Shown here: one piece after another, positions 10,501 to 19,700 of the stretch
Layout: each line of letters opens with the position of its first letter
Position numbering within the stretch: the stretch's first letter is position 1
NCBI GenBank assembly: GCA_003695105.1
Contig: RFIZ01000017.1
Span: 1-45,060, forward strand
Reading direction: 5' to 3'
Length of the DNA: 45,060 nucleotides
Source of the DNA: Fidelibacterota bacterium
Lineage (GTDB): Bacteria; Fidelibacterota; Marinisomatia; Marinisomatales; J089
Program-made: the position numbers and the translations under genes
Notes under the pieces: generated by a model
Told to the model about the DNA's origin: nothing
The model's input: only the letters and a program-made list of their open reading frames with translations
Database searches by the model: none

Positions 10501-12163
10501 TACCCCGGCGGGAGTGCTGACCCTGCCCGTTTTGTGGCGCACGGGAGACGTCTGGGGCCATACCGCTGCCTATGTGGGTTGTCAGGGGGCGCTGATCCGG
10601 GTGACGGGGGTGTCTCCCGCCGCACTCACGGAAACGGACAGTCTGACGGTACAACTGGAAGGGCGGGACCCGGCCGGAATCGATTCGGTCGGGGTGAGGA
10701 TTAACGGGATCCGCTACCGCGCCCGGGCGGAGGGCGCCCCCGGGTATTATGCTACGACCCATCCTCCTTTCCCGGCGGGAGCCACCGTTTACTTGGAACC
10801 CTTTCTCCGGAATCTCAACGGCCGGCTTACCTGGGGACCGTCCCGGACACTGACCGTATCTCCCGGCATCGCGCCCCGTCTGGAAGAGATCCGGTTGCTC
10901 AGCCAGGGAACGATCGGTCTGGACGTTTTTCTCTCGAACCCCAACACCGGAATCGGAACCGTCCAAGTGGCATTGTCTCGTTTCACCGGCAGCGCCTGGC
11001 CCGAGCTGGGGCGGCAGTCCGCCACCGTCCACGGTGTCCAGACTACCTGTGTCCGGTTTGAACTTCCGCTGGAGCCCACCGATACCCTGTTTCGGGCTCT
11101 GCTGGAACCGGGGGCAACTTTCGCCGCCGACACCCTGGAAGCGGTTCTCCACCCCACTGCCTTTTGGGTCACACCCGGCCTGGGTACTACCGGGAACCTG
11201 ACTACACACCAATCCGTGGGTCTGGGAGACTACCGGATCTCCATCGACCCGGGATGCGTCTCCGCGCCGGAAATCCTGCGGGTCTCCCTGCTCCCGCCCG
11301 ACAGTCTGCCGGCCACTCCGGGTCTCCGCTGGTCCGCAGACACGTCGGCCCGCGCCTTCCGTTGGAGCATGGCTTCCCCCTCTCCGGTAACGATTCCCGT
11401 CTATCCACACTACCCCGGGGCACCCTTCATCTATTCCCTGTCCCATGCGGTGTGGCAGCGGATCGATCTCCAGGCAGCGAAATCGTGGACGGGCAGCGGT
11501 CTCCTGGGATGGTTCAACCCCGAGGATCAGACTCCCCCGCGCCTGGAAGTGAATATCAACGGGCAGGCGGTCCTGCACCATCAATACCTCAGTTCTCATC
11601 CCCGCTTCACCCTTCAGGCCCAGGATGACCGGGGGATGGATTTTCGGCCGGAAGCCCTTCACCTGTGGCTGAATGGCCGGGACCTCCTGCCGGAATTACC
11701 CGTCATGATCACCGGTCGCGGCGCGCACGCCGTCTACCAGTTCACACCTGCACTCACCGAAACCGATTCCCTGCTGCGTTGTTCGGTTCAGGATGCGGCC
11801 GGAAACCGGTCCGATACTCTGGCCATTTCCTTCATCGTCCGCAGCCAACTGGATCTCCTGGATTATGGCAATTATCCCAACCCCTTCCGTTCCACCACAC
11901 GGTTCGTCTACGAACTCACGGACAACGTCGATCGGTTCCAACTGGACATTTACACGGTGTCCGGGCATCCCGTCAAACATTTCGATGCCCACACAACCGT
12001 GACCGGCCTGGATCCCCGTACGGGAGCTTACCATGAAATTGTCTGGGACGGGACGGACGCCGACGGAGCCTTCGTCGCCAACGGTGTGTACTTTTATCGC
12101 TATCTGGTGAAACGGGGAAATCGCACGGTGATACGTCAGGGAAAGGTAGCCAAAATCCGATGA
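7586..12163 (+). CDS. PorU-like peptidase C25 (gingipain-family) protein with T9SS C-terminal domain; candidate T9SS sortase
   Basis: Signal peptide MTEGKVVGLLCLVSATCLFSQ. The track's TTG at 7565 is an alternative start. C25-type catalytic His/Cys context: YINFLGHGGGAVWGD and FVTSMTCFTGD, preceded by LILAPDSF...LAAFHQ. C-terminal GNYPNPFRSTTRFVYEL...GVYFYRYLVK is a T9SS type-A CTD. A PorV-like barrel gene follows, as in Bacteroidetes porU-porV. Confidence 0.7.
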   Translation: MTEGKVVGLLCLVSATCLFSQHPGPRAAVHWKRSDTQLTVEVNLDTVWLTPDQQLRCRPRLPSLLPRTRPALPCVREAFPRLTSSTRLHVFPGPVHRIPWNRSTGVRSEVAKGLNLTRTSDRVSPPSKWATWQPAVNTDGYVLEVHPIRFTARGWEWTPTLTVILTQPAHDSTAFLSLSRQRLSSLWPHAAGSRQVETQIPAVQFASPLVRIDIDSEGWFEIPAESLADSGFALTAIDPATFQLWEQNREVPLWVECATPGEFQAGDRILFHGRLPRPPVYATYRHPFYTSTNHYWLTWGGAPGIRYATESGYPNLPPDQVLEEDSFLDTLHWEQDDVFARLGSRHLHQEWDRFDHFFIDPPIQGGTAVDFTLPVPAPSPSSTHPVSVQAEFQGITSVTHDLQLTLNHVILGSDRWIGQETLLFSTDARPPLTGDLLVPGDNILTVYLAGSSPNNRYDQVYLNWVDICYYHQFQTENNTLRFRRNSTLALTNQFTISGLTSPEVYLFKEGQSRITDFQLLPDGNTFQIRFQDFTGSERPVYTLFTSDQIRPVLHLQPVDPLQPPAQGVHSSYLILAPDSFRTVLEPLAAFHQAQILSPNDIYRAYSGGVIDPHALKTFFREVAARGSPPLRYVLLAQQGRWFGWEHPSGPDRGFIPAMKMQTYGFGAVASDAWYTLLDEDLIPDFAIGRFPAATREDLEAMVAKTLADLDGPLTSAHNRLLMIGGYEHTFKEQTEALIPAIVDRGYFPRRLYIDRYSEGGPFFGNTDTLIQSVNRGLWYINFLGHGGGAVWGDRSLLTLDDIDGFHNSVYPFVTSMTCFTGDVTNPDALGRRLMERSGSGVAAWFGSAGVGWIINDYLLLEPLHHHLFSAESWTLGELINQAKVENLATNTGFPTLAITQLYQFNLTGDPALPIRSPGTGTLTPHPVEAEPGTEIILTGFPPGSDSLDIHLLDQNYLPRAEVRGPSLTIPDDTPAGVLTLPVLWRTGDVWGHTAAYVGCQGALIRVTGVSPAALTETDSLTVQLEGRDPAGIDSVGVRINGIRYRARAEGAPGYYATTHPPFPAGATVYLEPFLRNLNGRLTWGPSRTLTVSPGIAPRLEEIRLLSQGTIGLDVFLSNPNTGIGTVQVALSRFTGSAWPELGRQSATVHGVQTTCVRFELPLEPTDTLFRALLEPGATFAADTLEAVLHPTAFWVTPGLGTTGNLTTHQSVGLGDYRISIDPGCVSAPEILRVSLLPPDSLPATPGLRWSADTSARAFRWSMASPSPVTIPVYPHYPGAPFIYSLSHAVWQRIDLQAAKSWTGSGLLGWFNPEDQTPPRLEVNINGQAVLHHQYLSSHPRFTLQAQDDRGMDFRPEALHLWLNGRDLLPELPVMITGRGAHAVYQFTPALTETDSLLRCSVQDAAGNRSDTLAISFIVRSQLDLLDYGNYPNPFRSTTRFVYELTDNVDRFQLDIYTVSGHPVKHFDAHTTVTGLDPRTGAYHEIVWDGTDADGAFVANGVYFYRYLVKRGNRTVIRQGKVAKIR

Positions 12164-13164
12164 AGTGTCTCGGATATCTGGTGATGGCCCTGGGGCTGGT
12201 CAACAGCCTCTGGTGTCAGTCAGCCGCCCCGGATGCCGTTCTGGATCTGGGTCTATCGGCCCGGACCTTCAGCCTGGGCCGGGCGGCCGTGGCCCTGTCT
12301 TCCGGGTCCAATGGTATCGATGAAAACCCGGCCGTGTCGGCCTATGCGCGGCAAGTCGGACTGAACGGAATGGGCGTGAATGTCTTCGGTCTGGCGTCCT
12401 ACTGGACCGCCGGCGCGACCCTGCCTCTGGTCCCTCTCTGGTGCGCTTCCTTCCAGGTGTCCGTCTTCTCCGTACCAGGAATTCCCCGGCATCCGGATCT
12501 GGCTTCGATCCCTGGACAGGAAGCGCGGCGGGATTCGATCCGTGCCTGGGTCGCCCGGGGATTCTCCACTTTTCAGGATCGCCAGACCGTGCTGTTTCTG
12601 AACCTGTCCCGCCGCTGGCGTCCCCTGGTGGATCTGGGTTGGCAGATCTCCCCCTTTTCCGTGGACATCCCCCTGGGGATGAATCTCCGTTGGTTGAATC
12701 ATACCCTGGATCGGGAACGAGGCACCGGCTACGCTCTGGATGTGGGATTGCAACTGCGACTCCCGGTCAGCGAAGTGTTCGCCCGGCCCGGCCTGGGGCA
12801 CTTGACACTGGGACTGTTGGTCCGCAACGGGGCCGGCTCCCGCATGTTCTGGACCACCCGGAAAGTCGAAACCCTGCCGACCGAATGGGTGCAGGGCATC
12901 GGGTACGAACTTCCGCTCCAACGGGTGCCAGTCCGACTACGGGCGTTGCTGGAATCCTCCTCCCGGATTTCCACCCGCCGCGCGGGCCTGGAAGTGGAAC
13001 TGGCCGATCACCTCGCCTTTCGTCTGGGAACGGACGCAGGGCAGCGGCAGGTGGGAGGGGGGCTCCGGGTATCCGCCTTTCACCAAATCTGGATCATCGA
13101 TTATACCTTTTCCAGTCATCCGTTGGGCGCCTTGCATCATCTCGGGCTGGAGATCACCCCATGA
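12160..13164 (+). CDS. PorV/PorQ-family-like outer-membrane beta-barrel (divergent)
   Basis: 334 aa with a signal peptide. N-terminal LDLGLSARTFSLGRAAVALSSGSNGIDENPAVSA matches the PorV/PorQ pattern (G-A-R-x-x-G-M-G-x-A...NPA). Alternating beta-strand-like sequence throughout. ATGA overlap with the PorU-like gene. Confidence 0.45.
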   Translation: MKCLGYLVMALGLVNSLWCQSAAPDAVLDLGLSARTFSLGRAAVALSSGSNGIDENPAVSAYARQVGLNGMGVNVFGLASYWTAGATLPLVPLWCASFQVSVFSVPGIPRHPDLASIPGQEARRDSIRAWVARGFSTFQDRQTVLFLNLSRRWRPLVDLGWQISPFSVDIPLGMNLRWLNHTLDRERGTGYALDVGLQLRLPVSEVFARPGLGHLTLGLLVRNGAGSRMFWTTRKVETLPTEWVQGIGYELPLQRVPVRLRALLESSSRISTRRAGLEVELADHLAFRLGTDAGQRQVGGGLRVSAFHQIWIIDYTFSSHPLGALHHLGLEITP

Positions 13165-13982
13165 GTATTCGCCGGCGCCTTCGTTCCACCGCCCTCCTGG
13201 GACTGGTGTTGTGGATGGCCTGTCAGCCGGCGCAGGAGGACCCCTTCCCTCCGGACGCTCCCCGCTGGGTCACGAAATCGGATCCCGTCGCCTGGACGGA
13301 GTCGGGCATCGATGCTACCTATGAAAACGGACGGGTTGCGGTGCAACTCATGTGGCATCCCAATTTGGAAGACGACCTGCACGGGTACCGCCTCTACCGC
13401 TCCGATTCGGCCCGGAGTGGTCCCTACGAATGGATACAGGAGATCCGTCCCGATCTCACACCCGGAGCCGACACGGCCTGGATCGACGTAACGGCTCCCC
13501 AGTACCGGAAACTCTATTATTACCTGACGGCGGTAGACTGGGCCCACAACGAAAGTTCCCCCAGCGACACGCTTACGTACCGTTTGCTGGCCGCACCCCT
13601 TCCGCTGGGGCCCTCCGATCAATCGGTCCAGCGGGATACTCTGGCTTTCCGCTGGATCGACCGTCTCCAGGCCCATACTTACACGCAGGAATACGTTTTG
13701 CGGGTGGATGTTTTATCCACTCCGCCCCGCACGGTCTGGGTCGTTCGCTTCACCCAGCAGTGGTACGAAGCGCAGACCAACGGCGCTCCCATCCGTTTTC
13801 CCTGGTTTGCCCCGGGACAGTCCTGGCCCGAGAACGTACTGGCCCTCCTGGCGGAAAGCGACTCGCTGGAACCCGGACTGTATCGCTGGAAGGTGAAAAA
13901 CATCAGCGAAATCAACAATGCCACCGGTCTGGATGAAGCCAGCGGTGAATCCGACTGGGCTTTTTTTGAATTGCTGCCCTAG
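13161..13982 (+). CDS. Lipoprotein with FN3-like domain; function unknown
   Basis: Internal start MSIRRRLRSTALLGLVLWMAC (lipobox) at ATG 13161, overlapping the previous stop as ATGA. FN3-like signature HGYRLYRS...YYYLTAVDWAHNESSPSD. The longer 513-aa track ORF (from 12441) overlaps the barrel gene in another frame and I reject it. Confidence 0.65.
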   Translation: MSIRRRLRSTALLGLVLWMACQPAQEDPFPPDAPRWVTKSDPVAWTESGIDATYENGRVAVQLMWHPNLEDDLHGYRLYRSDSARSGPYEWIQEIRPDLTPGADTAWIDVTAPQYRKLYYYLTAVDWAHNESSPSDTLTYRLLAAPLPLGPSDQSVQRDTLAFRWIDRLQAHTYTQEYVLRVDVLSTPPRTVWVVRFTQQWYEAQTNGAPIRFPWFAPGQSWPENVLALLAESDSLEPGLYRWKVKNISEINNATGLDEASGESDWAFFELLP

Positions 13983-14674
13983 CGGCGGGAACCCAGCCGT
14001 CCGGGCTCATCAGGATACAGGTCCGTCACCCAATCCGACTGCCAGTACTCCAAACTGTCGGCGTCCATCAGGGTGAGTTTCCCGTCCCAGCCGGCTCCCT
14101 GGTCCAGATTGATCAGATTGCCCCAGATCAGCGGGCGGGCGGAGGAATCATACCGCAACGTCGGGGTATGGCCGATAAAGACGCGATCGTATTCCCGAAT
14201 GTGGAACTGTTCCCGGTGGAGGGCGGCGGCCATGAACAGGGAACGGTCCCAGGTGAAGACCGACAGCTGCTGTTGCTCGAGAGGAATGTCCGGTTCAAAC
14301 CCGGCATGGAGATAGAGGCGGTTCTTTTCATCCAGGAAATAGGGTTTTGCCTTCTGAAAAAAAGACAGGTGCTCCGCCGGGATCCCTTCCCGATAACTGG
14401 CCACGGTGGCCTGCCCGCCCTGCACGGCGTGAATTGGCTGTACTTCACCGGATTCCATCCATCGGGCCGTCCATTCGTCGTGATTGCCCGCCAGGAGAAT
14501 GACCCCGGGGAACGTCAACAGCAGAGACACCGCTTCCCGGGTCTGGGACCAACCGTCGCTCACATCCCCCAGGACGATGAGGCGATCTTCCTCGGGATGA
14601 ATGGGGGCGCGCTCCACCACCTGCTCCAGGGCCCGGTAGGCACCGTGAATATCGCCTACCACGTAGGTTTTCAT
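13979..14674 (-). CDS. Metallophosphoesterase (PPP-family Ser/Thr phosphatase / ApaH-like)
   Basis: MKTYVVGDIHG...LIVLGDVSDGW...LAGNHDEW are calcineurin-like phosphoesterase motifs. Start taken at M67 of the track ORF (ATG 14674-14672), which forms an ATGA overlap with the upstream YhhN stop. Confidence 0.85.
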   Translation of the reverse strand: MKTYVVGDIHGAYRALEQVVERAPIHPEEDRLIVLGDVSDGWSQTREAVSLLLTFPGVILLAGNHDEWTARWMESGEVQPIHAVQGGQATVASYREGIPAEHLSFFQKAKPYFLDEKNRLYLHAGFEPDIPLEQQQLSVFTWDRSLFMAAALHREQFHIREYDRVFIGHTPTLRYDSSARPLIWGNLINLDQGAGWDGKLTLMDADSLEYWQSDWVTDLYPDEPGRLGSRR

Positions 14675-15342
14675 CCCGCCGTTTCCCGGGACAGGTTCGC
14701 CTCCCGGCGCACGGACAGCGCCAGCAGAGTTTGGGCGAGATAATAAGTTCCCAACACCAGTAGAGGAGCCACCGGCAAGGGTGACCGAAACCGGTTCCAG
14801 GCCAGACAGGAATCGGATACCACGAAGAGCAGGGCGCCCAGCGCCGCCCAGGAGCCCACTTCCGGCCGCCACCGCTTGCGTTCCAGCGCCTGCCAGGCCA
14901 TGAAGAGGATCACCAGGACGTACCCCAGCACGGGCCAGCGGAGACCCCCCAGGCCCGGAAACAACAGCCCGTAGATCACTCCGCCATAGATCAGATAGGG
15001 TATGACCGTGCCCCGTACCCGGACTTTCCGCCCGGTTAGAAAGGCCAGACTATACAGGATGTGCGCCAGGAGAAAACTCACCAGTCCCGGCAGGAAAAAC
15101 CGGTCCTTCCACAACAGAAAGATGTCTCCGGCCAGCGAGCAGATCAATCCCAGACAGAGGAGATTTCGGTAGCGATCCGTTACCGGACCGCCCATCCAGG
15201 CCAGCAACAGGATCAACACGGTGGTGAGGGGTTTATAGATCAGCAACAAACGAAAATCCCCCTTCAGGTCCGCCAGAATGGTAATCAGGGCACCGATCCC
15301 AATGAGAAACACTACCATCCAATAGGATTGATTCCGTCGCAT
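14671..15342 (-). CDS. YhhN-family (lysoplasmalogenase-like) integral membrane protein
   Basis: 223 aa and multi-TM. The LLLIYKPLTTVLILLLAW motif is characteristic of the YhhN/TMEM86 family. Confidence 0.65.
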   Translation of the reverse strand: MRRNQSYWMVVFLIGIGALITILADLKGDFRLLLIYKPLTTVLILLLAWMGGPVTDRYRNLLCLGLICSLAGDIFLLWKDRFFLPGLVSFLLAHILYSLAFLTGRKVRVRGTVIPYLIYGGVIYGLLFPGLGGLRWPVLGYVLVILFMAWQALERKRWRPEVGSWAALGALLFVVSDSCLAWNRFRSPLPVAPLLVLGTYYLAQTLLALSVRREANLSRETAG

Positions 15343-15468
15343 ACTTCCTCCAGACAGTCCAGAATGTCGCGGGAACTTACGATGCCTGTCACTTCTCCGG
15401 CGGAATTTCTTTCATTGAACCGGGACGGCGGCAGTGCCTAATTTTTAACGGAGTTTTTCCTCCCGAAT

Positions 15469-15544
15469 GCGCCAGTAGCTCAATTGGTAGAGCAGTGGAC
15501 TCTTAATCCATTGGTTGGGGGTTCGATTCCTCCCTGGCGTACCA
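15469..15544 (+). tRNA. tRNA-Lys (anticodon CUU), CCA encoded
   Basis: Hand-folded 76-nt cloverleaf. Acceptor GCGCCAG/CTGGCGT (G1-U72 wobble); D arm GCTC-AATTGGTA-GAGC; anticodon stem GTGGA/TCCAT with loop CTCTTAA; variable loop TGGTT; T arm GGGGG-TTCGATT-CCTCC; then ACCA. Confidence 0.9.
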
Positions 15545-15816
15545 TGGGCCTCCCCCTCCCTGCTCATCCGACAGCGACGGGGAGGCATCTGGACTGCCAG
15601 CCACGGAAACCCCGGCTGGATCCGGGGTGGGTACGGTCTATGATCCACCGGTTTTCTGGCCACATCCGGTTACAATCTACGCCCTGGTTTCGGTCAGACA
15701 CCCGGGATGCGAATAGTGGTGAATTATATCGGCTACAAATTACGGGTGTTTTTCGGTTATGACCTGCACTCTCTCCGAGCTGAAGGAAGCGGCAGGCTCC
15801 TGTCCAGAGGGATGAT

Positions 15817-16287
15817 TTACCTGATTCCCTGTTTCCGTCCTTTCCGCGCCGATCCGGCCTGTTGCACCCGGTCCACAAACTCCCGGGTGGTCATGGAGGC
15901 AATCGTCTCGCCGATGAGGTCAAGGGGCAGATCATCCAGTTTCCGAAAGCGGACGCAGGATTTGCCCACGTCGTAGCGTTTGCCTGTGGCCCGGTACGCT
16001 TCCTCAAACCGCCGGCCCAAATCCGGATCCAGATAGATCGGCGTCAGATAGACGGCCATATAGTTTTTCTGGGAGGCCAGAGCCGCATACAGGAGAGGTT
16101 GCTTGTTGTAGGTATCCGGACAGATCTCCAGGGGAACCTGGTAGGCGATCATACCCCAGTTCATCGCTTCTTCCAATCCGTCCGGCAGATGGTCCAAAAT
16201 GACCTGCCGCACCTGACGGAGAGCTTTCCGCCGGTTTTCCGGCAGAGATTCCAAGTAGTCGCCGACAGTGGTGGCTTTCGATCGCAT
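15817..16287 (-). CDS. DUF1801 (YdhG-like) domain protein
   Basis: 156 aa. TVGDYLESLPENRRKALRQVRQVILDHLP...QKNYMAVYL pattern is typical of the DUF1801 family (recalled, not searched). Confidence 0.55.
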   Translation of the reverse strand: MRSKATTVGDYLESLPENRRKALRQVRQVILDHLPDGLEEAMNWGMIAYQVPLEICPDTYNKQPLLYAALASQKNYMAVYLTPIYLDPDLGRRFEEAYRATGKRYDVGKSCVRFRKLDDLPLDLIGETIASMTTREFVDRVQQAGSARKGRKQGIR

Positions 16288-16428
16288 GCGGTCCTCCTGA
16301 ACCTGGTGAGGGAAATGATACCAGGTAAATTTACGGAATCCGTCCCGGGATTCGTTCCTGATTCGGAAAGGATCTCCCTTTTCGTCTAGATTTCATGGAC
16401 TGAATTGATCACTGAACGAAAGGATACT

Positions 16429-16746
16429 ATGGAATTAGTAAACGAACCGCACCCGCTGGGGAGCCTGCTGGCCTACCAGTCCGGGGCCGTGGTGAGCAAA
16501 ACCCTGCTCAAACAAGACACGGGCACGGTAACTCTCTTTGCCTTTGATCGCGGTGAAGGGTTGAGCGAACATACCGCTCCCTTCGACGCCCTGGTGGTGA
16601 TGGTGGAGGGGACCGCCGATATCACCGTCGCCGGAGAGACGCACCGTTGCGTTGCCGGGGACCTCCTCCGTCTGCCTGCCCGTCAACCCCATCAGGTGTT
16701 CGCGGCCGAACGGTTTCAGATGCTCCTGATCATGATCAGGTCCTGA
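16429..16746 (+). CDS. Cupin-domain protein
   Basis: Small beta-barrel protein with GEGLSEHTAPFDALVVMVEGTADITVAGETHRCVAGDLLRLPARQPHQV (cupin motifs 1 and 2). ATG at 16429 with GAAAGGA upstream is preferred over the track's TTG at 16405. Confidence 0.7.
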   Translation: MELVNEPHPLGSLLAYQSGAVVSKTLLKQDTGTVTLFAFDRGEGLSEHTAPFDALVVMVEGTADITVAGETHRCVAGDLLRLPARQPHQVFAAERFQMLLIMIRS

Positions 16747-16754
16747 ACCGGGCT

Positions 16755-19700
16755 TCAGGGAGACGCCGGGCCTGAGCCGCTGAAGGACAGGGATCGCCGG
16801 TCGGTCGCCCCCTGAAACCGACGCATGACGGCGTGCATTCGTTTGGCCTGGAGGATGAACGTCTCCAGCCGGGCTTCGATCACCTGGGGAAATGGATTCC
16901 CGTCGCTTTCGATGGCCAGGAAAGGCAGATGGGGCTGGTCCGCCAGCAATCGGCGGGTATGGGCGTCCGACCGCACCGCCAGAACGTGGTCCCGGTCCAT
17001 CCCCAGATTCAACAGAGCTTCACTCAGACGGTTGGGCATACAGCCGAAAGGACCGATGGCGATGGCACCACAAAATTCATCTCCCACTTCGGCGACGGGG
17101 CCGCCGGTGGTCAGGATGGCTTCACCTGTCAGATTCCGGGTGAGAAACTGTTCTCCGGTCCGTACCACCCGGGGGATGGAAATATAGCGCGGAACCAGCC
17201 ACCCCGATTTGGACAGGAGGGTCTTCAGACGGCGCTGAACCGCGATCTTCAACTGGCGCTCGATCCCCTTTCCCACCCGTTGCCATCCCCGGGGCGGCCG
17301 CGAAACCAGATTGTGCTGGTAAAGCCAGTCCACATACATCCCCCATTCGTGAATGGGGGCGACAAAGGGAATGATGCCGGCCTCGATCAATCGTTCCGGC
17401 AGCCAGCGTCGGGAGATTCCTTCCTTCCGGACGTAGATCTCACCCACGATGAGGACCTGCGGGAAATCTTCCAAAGCCTGCCGTTTCGGGATCCCGGCCA
17501 ACAGATCAGCCGCCTCCATCACGGCCCGGTTCAGGTGGGCGTAGTCCCGGCTCAATCCCGCTTTGATCCGGGACCAGGCCGCTTCGAATGTCTCCAGAGC
17601 CGCCTCCCGGTCCACTGCCGCCACCTGGAGGGTATGGAAGATGTCTTCGAACAGATCCGCCAGAATGAGGGCTTTCCAGATGCGCAGAGTGAACCGGGTT
17701 CCCAGACCTCCGTAGCCGTCATCGGCGGACATGGTGAAAAAGGTTACGTCGGGGATGCCTTTCTTCCGAATATAATCCCGGGAAAAATCCAGGTATTGAC
17801 CGAACCGGCACGGTCCGTCTGCCGTGGGCATGAAATAGACGGTAATTTCCTCCGGTTCCCGATCCTGTTCCAGGTAGCGGATCAGCCCGCCCAGGGTTAG
17901 TTGGAGGGGCAGGCATTCTTTGCAGGACGTCTGGCCCCGGCCTCGTTTCAGTTCTTCTTCCGTCAATTCAGGGAGGACGTGGGTACGGATGCCCATGCCC
18001 CGGTAGGTGGCGGCAATGCTTTCGGCGCTGAAACGGCCCATGGAACAAAACACCAGCTTTACCCGGGGATCCCAGAGATCGGTGATTTCACCGTCAGAAG
18101 TGTAGATTGTGTACACCCCGTCCTTGAGCCGGGAGCGGGCCGGCCGGAAGGTCGATCGTTTCACCACGGGGGCCAGGTCTTTCTCCAGTTTCCGGTACCG
18201 CACCACGATGTCCAGAAAGGCTTCGATGCGGGTCTCCAGCCCGGCATCGGCGGTGTGATTATCCAGTTCGAGCGTGAGGGAGGGCTTTTTGCCCAGGATA
18301 TCCCGGAAATACCCCACGATGAAGGAGTCGGGGCCGCAGGAAAAATTGGTGATGTAGGTGCCAAACAGCTGGGGATGGCGACGAATGAATTCCGCCCCTT
18401 TGAGATTGATCTGTCCCATGGCCCAGTACATATGCTCCCGCACCGGCTCCGTCTCCAGATCCAGACAATCCACCGGGATCACGGTGATTCCCCGGCTGGC
18501 AAATTTATGGGGAATGCCCTTGTTCGCTTCCGGAGCACAAGCATTGTAGGGCCGCCCGAACAAGATCACGCCCAGGCGTTCCGGGTCGGCTTCGACGAAA
18601 CGCAAAGCCCGCTGCCCCAGGGCCTGGAGCCGCGCCCGGACCTGCTCCTGCACGGCAGTGGCCCGGGTGTAGGCCTCCCGGATTCGTTTCTCCGGAACGC
18701 CCAGGGGAACGGACAGACGTTCCATCGCCTTCAGTTGTTCATCCAAAGCGGCACCCAGATCCAGGGTTGGCGTCAATACCGGAGGGGCATCCTCCCGCTG
18801 GAACAGGAAGGTATTTTTCAGGTAGAAGGGCTCTCCCTGCACCAGGGGGCAGGTGCGGGAGGGCTGGGTTCCGCCGGGTACCAGAAGACCCTTGATGTGC
18901 GGCAGGAAGATGAAATCCGGTTTCTGGCGGACCAAATGGTGAAAATATCCATGGGCGATCTCGCAGGGAAAACAGAAGGCGGCGGCGCACTGGTCCACGC
19001 CCTCGGGGTCCACCGCCTCCGCCAGCACCGGCCGGAATCCCAGTTCCGCGAAAAAGTGGGCGAAAAGGGGATAGAACGTGTTCATCAGGAGGGAGCGGGA
19101 CAGGCCCACCCGGGGGGCCGTATCCGGCAGAGTCTCCAAAGGCGGCGCCATTTCTTCAAAAATGATGCGCTGCCGTTGCAGGACGAAGTCATATTCTCCG
19201 GGTTCGATACGAAGCTTTTGCCGCAGGTTGTAGAACCGGTTACAGGCTCCTCCGAAGGGAATGGTTTTGTCATCGATCACCACCCGGGTGATTTCGCAAC
19301 TGAGGTCGCACTTTTCTTTTCCACCCCGGCAAATAATGGGATCTTTATAGGCCACCTCCCGGCCGGCCAGGACTGTCAGATCAAAAGACTGGGCTTTCAT
19401 CAGTCCGGTCCGAATCCGGTTCAGGACTTCCAGGGCCACCCCGTAGGCGCCCATGAGGCCCGGTTCCGGCGGTACGATGATTTCCTTGCCGGAGAGGGCG
19501 GCCATGGCCACGGGTACCGCCCGATTGTAACAGACGCCCCCCTGCATAAAGACTTTCCGGCCCACCGGCCGGGCGCCCTTGACCCGGTTCACGTAGTTTA
19601 GACAGATGGAATACACCAGGCCCGCCACGATGTCTTCCCGGGGAATGCCCTCCTGAGAAGTACTTTTGATGTCGGAGGCAATGAATGCGGCACACTGGTC

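Noticed and set aside
12441-13160. The N-terminal 240 codons of the 513-aa track ORF 12441-13982.
   Set aside because: This part overlaps the PorV/PorQ-like gene in another frame and translates to Pro/Arg/Gly-rich junk. The internal ATG at 13161 gives a lipoprotein signal peptide and an ATGA junction.
15469-15816. A possible integrated element at tRNA-Lys.
   Set aside because: No integrase, excisionase or phage/transposon genes, and no repeat of the tRNA 3' end within the window. The flanking genes are ordinary small chromosomal genes.
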